DNA of 64,000 nt from Chiloscyllium plagiosum (Eukaryota): NCBI RefSeq assembly GCF_004010195.1, contig NC_057738.1:26203063-26267062 (forward strand), written 5' to 3'. Every line of letters starts with the position of its first letter. Position 1 is the stretch's first letter. Under the pieces are notes generated by a model that worked only from the letters and a program-made list of their open reading frames with translations, made no database searches and was not told where the DNA came from. The translations under genes were made by a program, and so were the position numbers. Positions 60,411 through 64,000 of the stretch are shown here, piece by piece.

Positions 60411-61224
60411 TTTCTAATGTTTAAGCCAAGGATAATTCTCTCATATACCTCTGTGAATACATTGAAGATAGTTTTGAGTAGCACTTAAACTGCTGAATCC
60501 ATAAATTTTCTTCTTCCCAATTGGATAAGAGTTTTTCTCCTCTCTTACTGATACATCACTAATCATAGAGCACAACTTGTTCTCTTTCAAATGATTACTT
60601 AACCTAACAGTCTTTTAATTCCTCACTCAAGTGTCAACATGGTTTACAGTCAAGTTTATACACTGGAACTTGAACTAGCGATCTTCCTACTTTGAGGTAC
60701 AAGTGCTATTACTCAGCTAGCTGTTTGATGGTAAGATGAAGGAATCAGGCCTTAAGATGGGGAATCAACACAGATAAATTTTATCTTGTATCTAAACATT
60801 TTGAATACACTAAGAATCTCTTTTGAAGCTTGAAACATTATTCATGGCCATGAGCAAGGCATGTCAAGTCATTAATGGTGCTTGACAGGTAGAAAAATCT
60901 AACTTCGTCAAAAAGAAAATCTATTTCAATAGCTTTGAGGCTCTGAATTCCATGGGTAAACATTGAATATACTGAGTAGAGAATAGAAATCCCAGAACAT
61001 GACCTCCCCATGACACTCCCCAAGTCTGCATAATGTTTGTATTCATATGTACAGCGATACCTTCATGAGAATTTCCAGGATGTAATTTTGTTTTTTTCAA
61101 TGCATTGCTGTCTAGGTCAACACTTATTACCTATCCCTGTCAGCCCTAGAAAAGGTGGCAATCAGCTGCCTTCTTGAACCACTCAAGTCTGTGTCTTGTA
61201 GCTACATCACAGTGCTGTTGGAAA

Positions 61225-61810
61225 CTAGGTGTAAGAGTAGGCCATTCAACTCTTTGAGTTTAGGTTAGATCATTCAAGATGATCTACCTTGACACCATAT
61301 TCCTATTTTCTCTGCATACCTCTTGATGCCTTTATAATACTTAAACACTTATTAATCTCATCGTTGACAACAGACAGTGACCCCAGCCTCTACAGCCTTC
61401 CGTGGCAGCAGAAACCACACATTTCCTCATCTCAGTCCTAAATGACCTACTCCTTATCTTGACTCTGTGGCCCCTGTTTCGAGATTACCCAACCAGGACA
61501 AACATCCTCCCTGGAGAAAGTAAGGACCGCAGATGCTGGAGATCAGAGTCGAGAGTGTGGTGCTAGAAAAGCACAGCAGGTCAGGCAGCATCCGAGGAAC
61601 AGGAGAATCGATGTTTCGGGCATAAGCCCTTCATCATGAATCATCCTCGCTGCATCTATGTTTCAGTCAAATCTCCTCTCGTTCTTCTAAGTGATAGTGA
61701 ATACATAGCCAATCTCTCATACAAAAGCCTATTACAAGAATCAACTCAGTGAACCATGGCTGCACTCCCTCTGTGACATGAATATCCTGTTATAGGTGGG
61801 GAGACCAACA
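61225..61810 (-). mobile_element. CR1 3' fragment interrupted by a Penelope terminus (61514-61641)
   Basis: TTTCCTCATCTCAGTCCTAAATG CR1 motif; near-TSD CATCCTC(C/G)CTG at 61503-61513 and 61642-61652. Confidence 0.8.
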
Positions 61811-62215
61811 CTCTTAGGAAGTGAGTTCCAGGGTATTGAAAGAATAGTGATAAAATTCCATGTCAATTAGTTGGTGTGATATAAACGAAATAATAACTTG
61901 TTAAAATCAAAAACTACAGAAATATTGAGCGGCAGAGCTGTTAAATAAACTGATTCATTATTTATAAACCATGAAAAATGGTACTTTTCTCCTAAAATTC
62001 CTGGGTCTTATCACCAAGAAGACATCAGCTGTGTTGAGAGAATGGATCCAGGCACTGGATACAGTTTTAAATTGGTTTGTATTGTACAGACATCATGGAC
62101 AGATAGTCTCTAAGGAGAAGGTTGCAAGTGCTAAAATTGGTTAGTACTTACTCATGGATTATAATTGTGTACACACTTCAGTTAGTATCCACAGACATAG
62201 TTCTCCTCTGAAAAC

Positions 62216-63496
62216 TATGCAGAAATTTCACAGATTCTAGACAAAATGGATTAAGATGAAAAACATATTGAAGTTGAGCAAGACCTTTCCCAGCATTAGG
62301 AGCAATGTGTCATGTTTTCTGACATAGTTCTGGACGTTGAGATGGGATTCTCAGTACTGAGTGTCGAGAAGCTTATTAATAGCTTGATCATTCCCATTAT
62401 AAACCTCATTAACACCCTCATTACTGTCTAGACTTGCTTCATTAATATGTAAACTCCTTTGTGACGACATGCAGGATTAGAACAGCCTAGAATTCCCAAT
62501 GTGAAAGCTAGAGAAGGTACTTGGTGACTCCAGCTTGCCACTTGTTTCTGTGGACTTCCATCTGCAACAACATCTCAGGATATGGTCCAAGGGTGTGATC
62601 CAAGGACTGCAAGCTGTACATATCTCGTATCCACGGATACTGGCATCCAGCACATGTTAGTCTCTACGCTGAGACTCTTTCTGCCCTAGTGTGGGCCATT
62701 TTCTCCAGGATTGAGAGAAAGGGAGAGATTGAAACAGTTGAAAGTGGCTGGCACAGCTTTTAGCGCTGGTATAGGTAAGGGAAAGATAATGAGGTGTTCT
62801 GAGTGAGCGAGTAAGTAACTCAGGCCATACATGGTTAATAGCGTGGGGGATTAAGGCTAACTTGAGACCAGGTGAGGGAAGATGTTGCATGCTGTAGTGA
62901 GAATAGTAGAGAAGGAGCCTTGGTCAGAGATGGGTGCAGTATCAGAATTAGATTAAATGTAAGAAGAGACAAGACAGTGGCACTTATCCTGACAGAGCAT
63001 TGATCTTCTGACAGCACTGCTCGGTGTTTGTCCAGACTGCTGAGATCACACTGGCTCAAAGCAGGCTCGCTCTTGTGTCAGAGTTTCCTCTGCCAGTCTT
63101 CGGTAAATGAACAACTCCCTCTGAACCACTCCATCCACAATGATCTCTCCTAGTCCACAAAATGGGGTGCTAAATTCCTCTTCTTTGCCATCTCTGTGGA
63201 CAATGTCATTAACTGTGCAGCATTTGACTGCAATGGCTTTTTGAAAATGGCACTGGCACCAAACATCTCACTATATCCCAGGATATGCCACCAGTGGGGT
63301 GTACTTCCCATTATGCTGAGAAAGAGAATTGGTCTAGCACCTGATGAGCGGAGCAGTGCTGGACTGTGGTAGGCAGTTAAAGAGGCGAGTTTTGGGTTGT
63401 TGGAGTGAGGAAACCTACTAGGACACACAATGAGAAACCATCCCTTAATCCTGACAAAAATGATACTTTGCCAAAATATGATGGAGATTCAGCCCT
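62216..63496 (-). mobile_element. Harbinger-like non-autonomous element retaining a Myb/SANT remnant
   Basis: Right end GATTCAGCCC; left end homologous to the 46474 terminus; minus strand MAKKRNLAPHFVD*..EIIVDGVVQR..WTNTEQCCQKINAL at 63190-62985. Confidence 0.6.
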
Positions 63497-64000
63497 GTTT
63501 CTGATGTGTTGATATTATGGGACTTGGTAACCTGGTATTAAATAAAATAGGAAAGAAACAACTATACCACAGCTTTAGAGATTTTACATCCAAGAGACCA
63601 TTGCTTCTCTTTGAAAGATCTATCCAACTAGTCCACTGCCCTGTTTTCTGCCTAATACGTATGTATTTCTTTTTCTTTTCAGAATCTATTCAATTCCCTT
63701 TCAGACAATGCATATGAGACAGGACAACATATTCCAGTTTTGTTTTCACCTTATCTCCTCTCTAGTTCTTTCACCAATTGCCTTTACACTGTCCTCTGTG
63801 TTACTTCTCCATTCATCATGATTTTACTTACAACAGCATTCAGTCAATCAATCAACCACTCCCTTTTGCGAAATCCATCTCAAAAACTATTGTGCAGTCC
63901 AATCTGGATTTATCCTGCTGTCTAGATGATTTAGCACTTACTGTGTTTAAGGAACATCTCTGAATTCTCATGCTCCGATATTTCATTGCAAACATGAGGT

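Overview
Repeat-rich, gene-poor vertebrate DNA. The repeat families (HE1/V-SINE, SacSINE1/Deu-type SINE, CR1, L2, Penelope) point to a cartilaginous fish, probably a shark; this is an inference. No host protein-coding exon, tRNA, rRNA gene or CRISPR array can be supported, and nearly all long ORFs in the track are retroelement fragments or their antisense shadows. The best observation is a fossil R2 retrotransposon at 17015-19835 lying outside rDNA. It has three zinc fingers, a Myb domain and an RT, begins with 13 nt of its 28S rDNA target (TAACTATGACTCT), and carries a recognisable HDV-like ribozyme whose P1 3' strand is complementary to the missing 28S sequence. A second theme is more than 10 short Penelope-terminus insertions with minimal hammerhead-ribozyme cores, several arranged as long inverted repeats and several flanked by 11-16 bp target-site duplications. 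Also present are a decayed Gypsy (Mag-like) provirus with both LTRs plus an inverted gag remnant, solo LTRs, a young Tx1 3' end, Vingi and RTE remnants, Harbinger elements retaining a Myb/SANT remnant, a nested insertion stack, a local ~550 bp duplication and candidate conserved non-coding elements. All family names come from motif recognition by eye, not database searches, and boundaries of old repeats are approximate.
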